In this document: positions 26,462 to 37,270 of the stretch, piece by piece
Layout: every line of letters starts with the position of its first letter
Position numbering within the stretch: position 1 is the stretch's first letter
NCBI GenBank assembly: GCA_003140935.1
Contig: PLLJ01000021.1
Span: forward strand, 4,555 to 68,554
Direction of reading: 5' to 3'
DNA: 64,000 bases
Source of the DNA: Candidatus Omnitrophota bacterium
GTDB lineage: Bacteria; Omnitrophota; Omnitrophia; Omnitrophales; Aquincolibacteriaceae
Made by a program: the position numbers and the translations under genes
Notes under the pieces: generated by a model
The model's input: only the letters and a program-made list of their open reading frames with translations
What the model was told of the DNA's origin: nothing
Database searches by the model: none

Positions 26462-26520
26462 ATCAGACCCTAGCCTATAGCCGATGGCTCTAGGTTTCAG
26501 TCCAAAGTCGGAGGTTTAAA

Positions 26521-27015
26521 GTGCTCTATCACATTGTGGCCGTAGCCAATCATCGCGTCATCGGAAGGGGGAATCAGCTTCCCTGGCATTTTTCAAAAGA
26601 TCTACAGCATTTCAAGGCGACGACCCTCAGCCAAACCGTGATCATGGGCCTGAAGACGTTTGAAAGTCTGGGCTGCAAGGCCTTACCCGGCCGCACGAAT
26701 CTGATCCTGGACCGGAGCGGCCAAAAACCGTATCCGGGGCAGACATTTTTTGCTTCTCTGGATGAGGCCCTGAAGAACGTTAAGACCGAACATGCTTTTA
26801 TCATCGGAGGAGCGGAGCTTTACCGGACCACGATCGACCGCGTCGACGCGATCTATCTAACCCGCATTCACGCCGATTACGAGGGAGACGTTCTTTACCC
26901 GGAGATCCCGCCTTCTTTCACGGAAATAAAACGGCTTAAAATCCAAGAGAACCCAACGCTTGAAGTGATCTATTACGAGAAAACAAAGCACAAGGGCTGC
27001 ACCTGCTGTGGATAA
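26521..27015 (+). CDS. folA: Dihydrofolate reductase
   Basis: VIG..NQLPW...DL.HFK, LPGR.N, IIGG; directly follows thyA. Confidence 0.93.
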   Translation: MLYHIVAVANHRVIGRGNQLPWHFSKDLQHFKATTLSQTVIMGLKTFESLGCKALPGRTNLILDRSGQKPYPGQTFFASLDEALKNVKTEHAFIIGGAELYRTTIDRVDAIYLTRIHADYEGDVLYPEIPPSFTEIKRLKIQENPTLEVIYYEKTKHKGCTCCG

Positions 27016-27616
27016 CAAGGACGTTTATTTTAAACAGATCCCCGTGGGTTATATGGGAAATTTCATCTATCTCATCGGCGACAAAAAGAAAAAAGAATGC
27101 GCGATGGTGGATCCGGCCTGGGATGTTGACGCGGTGCTCAGGGAGGCCGAGAAAGACGGCATGAAGGTCGTGGCGGGGATCCTCACGCACACGCATTTTG
27201 ACCATTCAAACGGAGTTGAGGCGTTGATCCAAAAGACCGGGGCGAAGGTCTATGTGCATGAGAACGAGACGAAATATCTAAAAGAGATCAAAGGGCATCT
27301 TGTGGAGACAAAGGAAGGTTCCAAACTCCGGATCGGGGATCTGGAAATGACCTTTCTCCACACGCCGGGCCATACCGAAGGCGCGCAGTGCATTCTGTTT
27401 GGAGACAAGATCGTGACCGGCGACACGCTTTTCGTGGGGGCTTGCGGCCGATGCGACCTTCCGGGAGGCGATGAAAAAAAGATCACCCAGAGCCTGAAAC
27501 GTCTCGCCTCGCTGGACGGAACGCTCGAGGTTTTCCCGGGCCATGCCTACGGAGAAACAGATTCTTCCACGATCGAGCATGAGCGGAAGACGAACCCTTT
27601 CATGAAATTCAACTGA
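27008..27616 (+). CDS. MBL-fold hydrolase (glyoxalase II-like)
   Basis: THTHFDH, TPGHT, TGDTLF, PGH. Confidence 0.9.
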   Translation: MDNKDVYFKQIPVGYMGNFIYLIGDKKKKECAMVDPAWDVDAVLREAEKDGMKVVAGILTHTHFDHSNGVEALIQKTGAKVYVHENETKYLKEIKGHLVETKEGSKLRIGDLEMTFLHTPGHTEGAQCILFGDKIVTGDTLFVGACGRCDLPGGDEKKITQSLKRLASLDGTLEVFPGHAYGETDSSTIEHERKTNPFMKFN

Positions 27617-27646
27617 CAATACGGCTTAAGAACCCTCGAGTCAAAA

Positions 27647-28138
27647 ATGGATCCATTCCAAAACAATAAAGACGAAGATGCCGCGAAGTTTTTGCGGGAA
27701 GCTTACGAGATGCAAATGTCCGGGAAGGTGGATCTGGCCATCGATCTTTATCTCAAATCCCTTGCCGCTCAGCCTACGGCCGAGGCGCACACCTGTCTGG
27801 GATGGGCGTATAGCGTCAAGGGACGGTACGGGGACGCGATCCGGGAATGCGAAAAGGCTGTCCGTTTGGATCCGGGATATGGAAATCCCTACAATGATAT
27901 CGGGGCGTACATGATCGAGACAGGACGATTGGAAGAAGCGATCCCATGGCTTGAAAAGGCGACCACAGCCGAACGTTATGACGGAAGATTTTATGCTTGG
28001 TATAACCTAGGACGCGTCTGGGAACGCCAGGGCGATTGGGCCAGGGCGCTTGAGGCCTACCGTCACGCTCTCGAGCAAAACCCCGAGTACTCTCTGGCGG
28101 CAAAAGCCATTTCAAGAATGCAAGCGATGCTCAATTGA
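27647..28138 (+). CDS. Tetratricopeptide repeat protein
   Basis: About four TPR-like repeats (AEAH..LG.AY, PYNDIG, AWYNLG). Confidence 0.85.
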   Translation: MDPFQNNKDEDAAKFLREAYEMQMSGKVDLAIDLYLKSLAAQPTAEAHTCLGWAYSVKGRYGDAIRECEKAVRLDPGYGNPYNDIGAYMIETGRLEEAIPWLEKATTAERYDGRFYAWYNLGRVWERQGDWARALEAYRHALEQNPEYSLAAKAISRMQAMLN

Positions 28139-28142
28139 GCGC

Positions 28143-28216
28143 GCGGGACTCGTAGCTCGGGACTAGGGACTCGTAAAAACAAGCAACCTGCCCGAGTCCC
28201 TAGGAACGAGTCCCGC
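28143..28216. repeat. GGGACTC-family heptamer palindromic element, copy 1
   Basis: GCGGGACTCGTAGCTCGGGACTAGGGACTCG...CGAGTCCCTAGGAACGAGTCCCGC, between convergent genes. Confidence 0.85.
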
Positions 28217-28223
28217 AAAAAAT

Positions 28224-28805
28224 TTACCCCTGTAAATTTTTTGAAACAAACTCCCAATTCACCAGATTCCAGAACGCCTCCACGTATTTCGCGCGGGCGT
28301 TCCGGTAATCGATGTAGTAGGCATGTTCCCATACATCGCAAGTTAGAAGGGGCGTTTGACCGTTCACGAGGGGATTGCCGGCATTCGACATGGATTCGAT
28401 CCCGATCGTGCCGTCCTCATCTTTGACCAGCCATGCCCAACCGGATCCGAAGAGGCCGACCGCCATGTTCGTAAAAAGCGTTTTAAACTCCTCAAAACTT
28501 CCGAAGGAGGCATTGATCGCTTCGAGTAAAGTGCCGGTGGGAAGTCCGCCGCCTTGGGGTTTCAGGCAGTGCCAGTAAAACGTGTGGTTCCAGACCTGTG
28601 CGGCGTTATTGAAGACGGGTCCCTTGGCGGTTTTGATGATCTCTTCAAGGGATTTACCACCTTCGGGTTTTCCTTCCGTCAGCTTATTGAGATTCGTGAC
28701 ATAAGCCTGGTGATGTTTGCCGTAATGATATTCGAGCGTTTCTTTACTGATATGCGGGGCGAGGGCGTCCCAGGCATAGGGAAGTTCTGGAAGTGTGAAT
28801 GGCAT
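28224..28805 (-). CDS. sodB: Fe/Mn superoxide dismutase (Fe-type signature)
   Basis: LPELPY, HYGKHH, FNNAAQVWNH, DVWEHAYY; GGAGG before ATG 28805. Confidence 0.92.
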   Translation of the reverse strand: MPFTLPELPYAWDALAPHISKETLEYHYGKHHQAYVTNLNKLTEGKPEGGKSLEEIIKTAKGPVFNNAAQVWNHTFYWHCLKPQGGGLPTGTLLEAINASFGSFEEFKTLFTNMAVGLFGSGWAWLVKDEDGTIGIESMSNAGNPLVNGQTPLLTCDVWEHAYYIDYRNARAKYVEAFWNLVNWEFVSKNLQG

Positions 28806-28936
28806 GATATTTCCTCCTATTTGTTTATGATTCTCATTTAAGGTCTTCATTATATCACGAGATATTCACCTGCCAAGCAAGGACGATTTTTCTCAAGTCT
28901 CTGGCCTGGGGTCTGCAGAGAGGCTATAATCCTGTC

Positions 28937-30685
28937 ATGTTGCAAACAGACCGGAAAAAATTTCTTCCTATATCCAAACAAGATCTTGCGGAACGAGGCT
29001 GGGATGCGTGCGACATCGTCCTGGTGACGGGGGACGCGTACGTGGATCATCCTTCCTATGGCGCGGCGATCATCGGACGGGTCCTCGAAGACGCAGGGTA
29101 CAAGGTCGGGATCATTGCGCAGCCCGATTGGAAGACCGCCGAAGACTTTCTCGCGCTTGGGCGTCCCAGGCTTTTTTTCGGGATCACGGCCGGCAATCTC
29201 GATTCCATGGTGAGCCATTACACCGCAAGCAAAAAACCGCGCCGTACGGATGATTATTCGCCGGGGGGCCGCCCGGGTCTCAGGCCCAATCGCGCGACGA
29301 TCGTTTATGCCAATAAAATAAAAGAACTTTTTCCCGGCGTGCCGGTGGTGATTGGCGGTGTCGAGGCGAGCCTCCGGCGCCTCTCGCATTTTGATTATTG
29401 GACGGAGGACGTGCGCCGCTCGATCCTTCTGGACGCAAAAGCGGACATCCTGGTTTACGGCATGGGCGAAAGCCAGGTCCGGGAGATCGCAAGGCGCCTT
29501 TATGACGGAGAGGACGTTAAAAAACTGAAAGATATCCGGGGTACGGCGATCCTCCGAAGTCACAGCGAAGGCTTTGAGGGCGCGGTCCCGTTGCCTTCTT
29601 TTGAAGAAACGAGCACTGATAAGGATAAGTTCAATGAGGCATTCAAGCTCGCGTACCTGGAAGGGGACCCGGTGCGAGGGAAGCCCGTGATCCAGAAACA
29701 CGGTACCCGTTTCGTGATCCAAGAGCCGCCCGCGTTGCCGCTTACGACGGCTGAGATCGATCATTTTTACGGCCTGCCCTTCACTCGCGAATGGCATCCG
29801 GTTTATGAAAAGGCGGGGGGTGTCCCGGGATTCGAAACGGTACGTTTTTCCATCACGGGGCATCGAGGCTGCGCCGGAGAATGCAATTTTTGTTCCCTTT
29901 TTGCGCATCAGGGGCGGATGATCCAAAGCCGTAGCAAAGAATCGATCTTAGAAGAGGTTCGGACCTTGGCTCGCAAGCCAAGGTTCAAAGGCACGATCAC
30001 TGACATCGGGGGTCCGACCGCCAATCTCTACGGAGCTACATGCGAGCAATGGGAACATTCGGGCGCCTGTAGGACGAAGCAATGCATGATGCCCGTGAAA
30101 TGCAAAAGCCTGAAGTTCGGGTACGAAAAGTCCATCGAACTCTGGAAAGAAGTTCTGGCCGTTCCGAAGGTAAAGCATCTTTTTATTCAAAGCGGCCTCC
30201 GGTATGACCTGCTTGTGGAAAAGGAATCCGACGCATACCTCGAAGCGCTTTGTAAGAGCCACGTGAGCGGACAATTGAAGGTTGCCCCCGAACATGCTTC
30301 GGATGCCGCGCTCAGAATGATGAATAAACCACCGCTCGAGGTCTATGAGCGGTTTGCCGGGCGATTTAAGGCCATGAACCGGAAAGCCGGCAAAGAACAG
30401 TATCTTGTGAATTATTTCATCAGTGCGCATCCGGGGTGCGCGGACGGGGATGCCAGGAAGCTTGCCGCGTATTTATCGGCGAAACACATGCACCCGGAGC
30501 AGGTGCAGGATTTTATGCCGCTTCCCATGACTCTTTCGACCTGCATGTATTACACGGGCAAGCATCCAATGACCGGTGAAAGGGTCGTGACCGCCAAAAC
30601 TTACAAAGAACGGCAAGCTCAACGAGAATGGATCCAACCGAAACAAAAGATAACTTTTGCGCAACGCATAACAAAAAGACGTTGA
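28937..30685 (+). CDS. ygiQ: YgiQ/UPF0313 radical SAM protein
   Basis: GDAYVDHPS, HRGCAGECNFC, LKVAPEH, YFISAHPG. Confidence 0.92.
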   Translation: MLQTDRKKFLPISKQDLAERGWDACDIVLVTGDAYVDHPSYGAAIIGRVLEDAGYKVGIIAQPDWKTAEDFLALGRPRLFFGITAGNLDSMVSHYTASKKPRRTDDYSPGGRPGLRPNRATIVYANKIKELFPGVPVVIGGVEASLRRLSHFDYWTEDVRRSILLDAKADILVYGMGESQVREIARRLYDGEDVKKLKDIRGTAILRSHSEGFEGAVPLPSFEETSTDKDKFNEAFKLAYLEGDPVRGKPVIQKHGTRFVIQEPPALPLTTAEIDHFYGLPFTREWHPVYEKAGGVPGFETVRFSITGHRGCAGECNFCSLFAHQGRMIQSRSKESILEEVRTLARKPRFKGTITDIGGPTANLYGATCEQWEHSGACRTKQCMMPVKCKSLKFGYEKSIELWKEVLAVPKVKHLFIQSGLRYDLLVEKESDAYLEALCKSHVSGQLKVAPEHASDAALRMMNKPPLEVYERFAGRFKAMNRKAGKEQYLVNYFISAHPGCADGDARKLAAYLSAKHMHPEQVQDFMPLPMTLSTCMYYTGKHPMTGERVVTAKTYKERQAQREWIQPKQKITFAQRITKRR

Positions 30686-30714
30686 CCTTAGGCTGTTGCA
30701 CGCGAGGAGAGATT

Positions 30715-31905
30715 ATGGCTCAGCATGATGTGATCATCATTGGAGGCGGCGCAGCGGGAATGATGGCGGCGATCACCGCCAAGCGGCGCGGCGCGTCGGT
30801 CCTTATGTGCGAAAAAATGCCGAAACTCGGGAAAAAACTGCTCATCACGGGCGCGGGCCGATGCAACCTCTCGAACGATGTCCTCGATGCTTCTTTTTAT
30901 AATCCGGGAAGCCAAGCGCTTGTTCGTTCGGTGCTGGGCCAGTTTGGGAAAGAGGCCGTATTCAGATTTTTCAAAGAACTGGGCCTCGCGACTTATGCGG
31001 ACGAGGCGGGCCGGATCTTTCCGGTGACGAATCAGGCGGCCTCGGTGCTTAAAGTGCTTGAGATGGAGCTTGAGAGGCTCAAGGTGACGATCGATCTTGG
31101 CTGCGAGATAAAAAATATCCGTGTCGTAAAAAATGGATTTGAGATCTCGGCGGGGAGCGGAGAACGGGAAACCGGCCTCAAAATCATCTTGTGCGCCGGA
31201 GGGAAATCTTATCCGGCGCTGGGGGCGGACGGGAACGGCTACGCGCTTGCCGCGATGTTCGGACACAAGATCATTGAGCCGGTACCGAGCACCGTGCCTT
31301 TGCTCGTGAAAGATCCGTGGTGCCACGCGCTTCAGGGACAGAAGCTCCGGGTTTCCGTGACAAGCCGCATTCGCGGGAAAGAGGTTCGCACGGCTTCCGG
31401 CGAGCTTTTATTCACCCAATACGGACTTTCCGGCACGGCGGTTCTGGATGTAAGCGATGAGATCTCGATCGCTTTGAATCGCGATCATGAGGCGAGTGTT
31501 TCTGTGATCGTGGACCTCCTTCCTTTCATGGATGAAAAAGAACTGACCGCGGAATTGTCCGGAAAATTGGCGAAAGGCATCGCCTGCGAAAACCTTGTGG
31601 AAGGGCTGTTGCCTCATAAACTATCCGGCCTGCTTCGCGAAACGTTGCACGGTTCCGACGTTGCCGCGATCACGAGACTCCTCAAGCGTAAAGAATTCAA
31701 GGTGATCGGCACACGCGGCTGGAACGAGGCGGAATTCACGGCGGGCGGGATCCCGGTGGAGGAAGCGGATCCTTTGACACTGGAGTCCAAGCTCCAAAAA
31801 GGTCTTTATTTTGCCGGAGAAGTGCTCGACGTGCAAGGACGGCGGGGCGGTTATAATCTCGCTTGGGCCTGGGCCAGCGGCGCGGTGGCCGGGAAAACGG
31901 CCTAG
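30715..31905 (+). CDS. HI0933/BaiN family flavoprotein
   Basis: GGGAAG, GKKLLITGAGRCN, GELLFT..G.SG, GGYNL..A..SG. Confidence 0.92.
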   Translation: MAQHDVIIIGGGAAGMMAAITAKRRGASVLMCEKMPKLGKKLLITGAGRCNLSNDVLDASFYNPGSQALVRSVLGQFGKEAVFRFFKELGLATYADEAGRIFPVTNQAASVLKVLEMELERLKVTIDLGCEIKNIRVVKNGFEISAGSGERETGLKIILCAGGKSYPALGADGNGYALAAMFGHKIIEPVPSTVPLLVKDPWCHALQGQKLRVSVTSRIRGKEVRTASGELLFTQYGLSGTAVLDVSDEISIALNRDHEASVSVIVDLLPFMDEKELTAELSGKLAKGIACENLVEGLLPHKLSGLLRETLHGSDVAAITRLLKRKEFKVIGTRGWNEAEFTAGGIPVEEADPLTLESKLQKGLYFAGEVLDVQGRRGGYNLAWAWASGAVAGKTA

Positions 31906-33071
31906 ATTTTAGTCAGCCAGGCAAGCACTTCAATGTGCTTGGTGCGTGGGAACATGTCGAAGGGAACGACTTCCCGGATCTTGTAGCGGCCCGCGGCGAG
32001 GATCTGTTTCAGATCCCTCAAAAGGATCTGAAGATCGCAGGCAAGATAAAGGATGTTCTCCCCGACGTCTTCCTTGGCCAAAAAATCAGCAAGGGACGAC
32101 GCGATCCCTTGCCGCGGCGGATCCATGAATACCAATGTTCCGGGCCTGGGATTGCGAACGATAAAGCGCGGAAAGGTTTTTTCGACCTTTCCCGAGAAAA
32201 TACCCGCCAGAGGCAATTCCAATTCCCTGACATTCCTCCTGAGGCAACCCGTGCTATAAGGGCTGTCTTCAAAACAGTGGACTTCGGGCACGCCGCGGGC
32301 TACGAGAAGCGGGAAAGTCCCGACGCCGGCGTAAAGATCCAGGAACCGGGAGGGTTTTAAGACCGCGAGATACTCAGCCAATTTTTTCGCGATAAGTTCC
32401 GTCACTTCGATATTATTCTGGAAAAATCCCATGGAGCTCGTCCAGAGTGACAGGCCGCCGATACGGACGCGATAAAGTTTTTCCTCGTCACTCGTGAAGA
32501 TCCGTCCCTTTTCGTCCAGCTTGAAACCTCTTTTTTCCTCACGACGGTTAAGTTTATGCTCGGTGGTAAAGATCTCCTTAAGCCAATCATCCGCGAGCAT
32601 GCAATAATCGATCAAGACCTTGGAATAATTGTCATGGCCGATGAAACCGAGACGTTGGGGCTTATGGTTCTTTTCCGTGGTGCGGTGGATCGTGATGCTC
32701 GTCCGGTAGCCGTATTCCCTGGAGCCCTGCTGGATCGGAAGAATGGGGATATCCTCGGCCTTGAACGCTTGCGCGAAACTTTCACGCACCTGGCGTTCTT
32801 TCCATTTTAATTCCTCGGAGTAGGGAAGATCCTGATACTGGCAGCCGCCGCAGCGTTCGATATAAGGACATGGCGCAGGGATGCGGTTGGGAGAAGCCTC
32901 CAGAACGCGGATGAGCTTTGCTTTCATGAAGTTAGGCTTGTCGCTTAAGATCCGCGCGAGGACCTTTTCGCCCGGGAGGGCCCGCTCGACGAAGCAGGCT
33001 TTTCCGTCGACGAATCCCAGGCCGTCGCCTCCGAACACCAGTTTTTCGATCTTGAGTTCAATGTCCATCAA
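31902..33071 (-). CDS. rlmD: 23S rRNA m5U methyltransferase (RlmD/TrmA family, TRAM domain)
   Basis: CP...CGGC, FFQ.N, DLYAGVG, DPPR, DMFP.T.H.E. Confidence 0.85.
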   Translation of the reverse strand: MMDIELKIEKLVFGGDGLGFVDGKACFVERALPGEKVLARILSDKPNFMKAKLIRVLEASPNRIPAPCPYIERCGGCQYQDLPYSEELKWKERQVRESFAQAFKAEDIPILPIQQGSREYGYRTSITIHRTTEKNHKPQRLGFIGHDNYSKVLIDYCMLADDWLKEIFTTEHKLNRREEKRGFKLDEKGRIFTSDEEKLYRVRIGGLSLWTSSMGFFQNNIEVTELIAKKLAEYLAVLKPSRFLDLYAGVGTFPLLVARGVPEVHCFEDSPYSTGCLRRNVRELELPLAGIFSGKVEKTFPRFIVRNPRPGTLVFMDPPRQGIASSLADFLAKEDVGENILYLACDLQILLRDLKQILAAGRYKIREVVPFDMFPRTKHIEVLAWLTKI

Positions 33072-33970
33072 GCCGTCCGGAGATTGTCGGGTTTATTTTT
33101 CCACCGGCGATGACCCCAAAGCCATTGCTCGGGATGCGCCAGTATCTGGCGCTCAAGGACCTGGTTGAGGTCTTTCGTGACCGTATTTTCCCATCCTGGT
33201 TGTTCCATATCATGAGGAATGGGTTTTTCGATATAGATCTCATAATGTCCCGGGGCTTTTCGGAGACAATATGCAGAAACGAGCGAGCAACCGGTCTTCT
33301 CGGAGAGCCGGGCGGGGATCGAAGTAGTCGAAGTCTTGGTGTCAAAGAAATCGACCCAAAGACCTTCATTGCCGGCCCACTGGTCGACCAAGATGGCGAC
33401 TCCGTGGCCGGCTTTAAGTTCCTGAAAAATGGTCCTGACCGAGCTGTCTTTTGAGATCGGATTAACGGTCATAACGCGGCGCATCGCGTCGATCGCCTTA
33501 TTCAGATAGGGGTTTTTGATGTTTTTGACCACGACCGACCACGGCCGTTTTGTAAAGTAGGGGAGGAATGAAAGATATTCCCAGGAACCCAGATGGGAAA
33601 TGACCAGCACAACGCCGTGCTCTTTCGAAAAAGCTTCTTCCAGGAATTCGTTCCCGAAGAGCTTGAAGCGCGTGGCCGCCTCTTTTTTGATCTTTTCAAC
33701 CGTGAAAAGTTCCATCATGGAAAGCGCGGCGCTTTGAAATGCGGAGCGCGCGATTTCTTTTTTTCTTCGCTCCGGGAGGGAAGCTCCGAGGGCAGTCGCG
33801 ATATTTTCAAGCGCGATCTTGCGGCGCTTTCCCAAGATCCAGTAGGATAAAGTCCCGAATCCGCAGGCGATCCTGTGTGAAACCTCCACCGGAAGCGCTG
33901 TTGCAAGCAGGGCTAAAAAACGGACGATGAGATACTGAAGCCAATAGCTTAAAGAAGGTTTTTTGTGCAT
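33068..33970 (-). CDS. Lipid A late acyltransferase (LpxL/HtrB family)
   Basis: H.G.WE, LVDQ, PEQWLW.HRRWK. Confidence 0.9.
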   Translation of the reverse strand: MHKKPSLSYWLQYLIVRFLALLATALPVEVSHRIACGFGTLSYWILGKRRKIALENIATALGASLPERRKKEIARSAFQSAALSMMELFTVEKIKKEAATRFKLFGNEFLEEAFSKEHGVVLVISHLGSWEYLSFLPYFTKRPWSVVVKNIKNPYLNKAIDAMRRVMTVNPISKDSSVRTIFQELKAGHGVAILVDQWAGNEGLWVDFFDTKTSTTSIPARLSEKTGCSLVSAYCLRKAPGHYEIYIEKPIPHDMEQPGWENTVTKDLNQVLERQILAHPEQWLWGHRRWKNKPDNLRTA

Positions 33971-34084
33971 GGGGCATCCTAGCATAAAATTTTAAAAAAG
34001 AAACGGCGTCCTTTTTTAAAACAAAATAACGAAGAGTAAATAGCGGAAAACCAAAAACCCCATAGGTCATCCGTCATTCGATTT

Positions 34085-35200
34085 TTAGAAAATCTCTCGC
34101 AGGAGATATTCGACGTCGTCCCGGGTGACGGGCTTGGGGTTCGCGGCGGTGGAACCGGAATGGAGCGTCTCGGAAATGATTTTTTCTTTGTCGAGCAGAG
34201 GCTTCCCTTTAAAAGGGGAAACGATCTTGAGCGTTTTTTGGAGTTCATGGATTTTTTGGAGAAGGTCCATACCGACGGCTTGGCTCATAATAGAATATTT
34301 CTGATTCCCCATAGCCTCAAGATTGAGTTTGATGGAAGGCGCAAAACAGACCGAACAGATCAGCCCGTGCGGGACATTGTAGAGCACGCCCAAGGGATGC
34401 GCGAGACCGTGGATCACGCCGAGCCGTGAATGAGAAAAGGCGACTCCGGAGAAAAAACTTCCAAGCATGAGCCCGCTGAGATCTTCGTCGCGGCCTGCGT
34501 TAAGCGCCGGCACCAAGTGACGGCTGATCAGCTGAATTGCTTTGAGCGCGAAGTTTTCGCTGAACCAAGTTGCGTTCTTTGAGATGAACGATTCATATGC
34601 CTGGACCCAGGCATCCATCCCCGAATGGCACATGACGGCGAACGGCAGGCCCCTGAGAAGGTCCGGGTCGAGAAGGACCTTGCGCGCAAGAAAATCTTTG
34701 TGGCGGATGGAGAGCTTCACTTTTTTTTCCGGATTGATGATCACAGAATTAAGAGATGCTTCCGAGCCGCTGCCCGCGGTCGTTGGAACCGCGACGAACG
34801 GGATCCCCGGCCTCTCAAGCGCCCCCCCTTCCTGATAATAGACCGGTTTTTCTTTGGCGTGGAAAAGTCCGGCTGCGGCCTTGGCAAGGTCGAGGACGCT
34901 GCCGCCGCCGATCCCGACAATCCATTCGATTTTCAAACCCTGTCCTTTTGCGATCACCGAGCTGATCTCATCTAAGGTCGGTTCGCCTTGCGGGCGGCAG
35001 AAGAACTCGATGGAAAGTCCTGCTTTTTTAAAATCGTCCGCGATCTTTTCCTTAAGGTTGTCTTTTTCAAGGGATGTTCCGTGGACGATCATGCCGCGAG
35101 TTCCCAATTCCACGGTTTCCTTGGCGAGGTCTGAAAGTCCACCTTTTTTAAAGAGGACTTTGGCCGGAAGAAAAGTTTCCTGCGGGAAGATGGGATGCAT
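34085..35200 (-). CDS. Iron-containing alcohol dehydrogenase family
   Basis: GGGSVLDLAK, PTTAGSGSE, HGLAHP, PHG. Confidence 0.9.
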   Translation of the reverse strand: MHPIFPQETFLPAKVLFKKGGLSDLAKETVELGTRGMIVHGTSLEKDNLKEKIADDFKKAGLSIEFFCRPQGEPTLDEISSVIAKGQGLKIEWIVGIGGGSVLDLAKAAAGLFHAKEKPVYYQEGGALERPGIPFVAVPTTAGSGSEASLNSVIINPEKKVKLSIRHKDFLARKVLLDPDLLRGLPFAVMCHSGMDAWVQAYESFISKNATWFSENFALKAIQLISRHLVPALNAGRDEDLSGLMLGSFFSGVAFSHSRLGVIHGLAHPLGVLYNVPHGLICSVCFAPSIKLNLEAMGNQKYSIMSQAVGMDLLQKIHELQKTLKIVSPFKGKPLLDKEKIISETLHSGSTAANPKPVTRDDVEYLLREIF

Positions 35201-35547
35201 CAGTATTTGATGATCACGGCGGTGACGACAAGGTCCTCAGCGCCGGTGTTCTTAATCGAATGAGAAGCGCCTTGGCCCGTGAGAATGGCGTCGCCGGTTG
35301 TGACGGGAAATTCCATGCCCCCGTCGGTCATAAGCCCCTGACCTTTTTGGATGAGATAGATCTCGTCTTCACCCACATGGTCGTGAAGACCGATGCTTGC
35401 GCCCGGGGGAAGGATAAGTTCCGCGCAAAGCCGCGTGCGAGCCTTGATCTCTTCGGACTTTAAATAATGACGGACCGTGACCGTGCCCGTGCCACCGCGC
35501 ATATTTTCACGTTTTTCGATCGTTTGAGCACTCTTTTTTTTGATCAT
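35200..35547 (-). CDS. Cupin domain protein
   Basis: MRGG.G, SIGLHDH..EDE.Y, G..HSI.N. Confidence 0.85.
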   Translation of the reverse strand: MIKKKSAQTIEKRENMRGGTGTVTVRHYLKSEEIKARTRLCAELILPPGASIGLHDHVGEDEIYLIQKGQGLMTDGGMEFPVTTGDAILTGQGASHSIKNTGAEDLVVTAVIIKY

Positions 35548-35632
35548 TTTAAAATCGCGTTCCTCGGGGAATAAACAACGGGAAACAGAAACAAGCTCAC
35601 ATTCACCGTTAGCAACGGAATGCTTTCCGCGG

Positions 35633-37084
35633 TTATTCTTTAAATAAGAAATTCTTAAAGCACCAGAGATTTTTCTTGTCCAAGTGTGAACTTTGGTTTT
35701 CCTGGAAGAAAACCTGATAATTCTTGAAGGGGGTCCAATCATAAGGCTCTGAGATCACTGTGCCGAGATAAGGTTTCGCGATGGCGAGGATCTCTTTGTG
35801 CGGAAGATCGTCCGGGACCGAGACGCCTTTACTGGGATGTTCGATCATCCACATGGCCGCAGCGACCACGCCGATCGCCACCTGGATCGTGGTGGCGTTC
35901 TGATGCGGGACGAGCTTGCGCGCTTCGTCGATCGTGAGAACGCTTCCGCTCCACCAGGAATTGTATTTATGTCCCATAATCAGGGATCCCAGGATGTCCG
36001 CACCCTTGATGATCTCGTCCGACATGATACGGCATTTAGGTTGAAGCTCGTAATTGCGGCAGCGGAGCTCGTGGATCGAAGACATGGTTTCATTGCACGG
36101 CATATAAACGTAATGAACCGTGGGACGATAGATGGGTTTTCCGTTCTTCCAGACCGTGAGTTTTTCGGAAATGCTGAACGCCTCCCCGTGACGGATCACC
36201 ATGCCGACGATCTCAGAGTTCGGGACCCAGGAGCGCACCCACGTGTTCATACCCATCTGGGAAAGGAAGATCTGGTTCTGGGGGCCATAGTCCGGCACTG
36301 TGGTCAAGGGAGGCAATTCTTTTTCATGCGTGCCCCATCCTATCTCCGAGGGAGAAATCGCTTCTTCCCGGAGACCTTCGATCGACCAAGTCCCGACGAA
36401 TTCATCGACTTCTTTCGGCTGGTCCGTGATCTGGGTGTCGCGTTCGCTCACATGGATCGTTTTCACGCCAAGCTTCATGGCCAGACGGTGGAACTTTTCC
36501 TCGCGGATCAAATGTTCCAGGGATTTCCGGTCTTTTTTGGAAGTGGTCTTATCGCGGGTCACTTTCTCGGCGATGTCGAGAAGCCCCTGCTTTGTGAAAT
36601 GGCTGATGAGCCCGGGGTTGGCGCCGTGGTCCAGCACCGCTGTCGTGGAATCATGCGCCCACTTGGCCGTCATCTTGCGGAGTCCCATCTGCTTGAAATA
36701 AAGCGATTTTTCAAGCGGGGTCTTTTTTTCGATATTGGCGTACGGGTCCCATTCCTCGACGGAGGTGTTCACATAAAGCACCTTGTTATCATGGCACCAG
36801 GAAAGCATGTCGAGCGAGTCGACGTTCCAGGAAAGGTCGATGATCATGCCGCCGGAGGAGACGTATTTGGAAAGCGTCCGTGCGATATTAACGGGATTGA
36901 GTTTTTCCTGGGAGTAACGGACGCCTTTTTTGATCCAAGGCGCGAGTTCCTTACGCTTGTCCGCGAAGTCGAGCACCGTGATGTTCCTGTAAGGGATACG
37001 GATGTGTTCGAGGAGGATCGGCAGGGCGCACTTGCCTACGGAACCAAAACCGATGCAAAGGACTTTTCGTTTGAATTCCAGCAT
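35633..37084 (-). CDS. hss: Homospermidine synthase
   Basis: HGANPG, HVSERDTQ, TWS.EG, HGEA, QNAT. Confidence 0.92.
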   Translation of the reverse strand: MLEFKRKVLCIGFGSVGKCALPILLEHIRIPYRNITVLDFADKRKELAPWIKKGVRYSQEKLNPVNIARTLSKYVSSGGMIIDLSWNVDSLDMLSWCHDNKVLYVNTSVEEWDPYANIEKKTPLEKSLYFKQMGLRKMTAKWAHDSTTAVLDHGANPGLISHFTKQGLLDIAEKVTRDKTTSKKDRKSLEHLIREEKFHRLAMKLGVKTIHVSERDTQITDQPKEVDEFVGTWSIEGLREEAISPSEIGWGTHEKELPPLTTVPDYGPQNQIFLSQMGMNTWVRSWVPNSEIVGMVIRHGEAFSISEKLTVWKNGKPIYRPTVHYVYMPCNETMSSIHELRCRNYELQPKCRIMSDEIIKGADILGSLIMGHKYNSWWSGSVLTIDEARKLVPHQNATTIQVAIGVVAAAMWMIEHPSKGVSVPDDLPHKEILAIAKPYLGTVISEPYDWTPFKNYQVFFQENQSSHLDKKNLWCFKNFLFKE

Positions 37085-37270
37085 AATCGTTGCCCCTCGT
37101 GAGGAAATTTTCTAATACTCAAAGAACTTTCTGAGATTATAGGGACTCAGGCTTGCCTGGGTCAACTTTTTCTTGCGCCTGATTTTCCATTAAGAAAAAA
37201 ATCGGAAAATCAGTGCAGCCCAAGTCAACATTGATGAAAAGAATAGCAAAGATTTGGGCGGAAAGAGTGC

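Noticed and set aside
28143-28216. CRISPR array
   Set aside because: Short internal heptamers in a hairpin; no repeat-spacer series and no cas genes in the window.
35798-37102. 434-aa plus-strand ORF; likewise 28850-29926, 39521-40510, 45552-46595, 24593-25399
   Set aside because: Antisense shadows of well-supported genes, with no motifs of their own.
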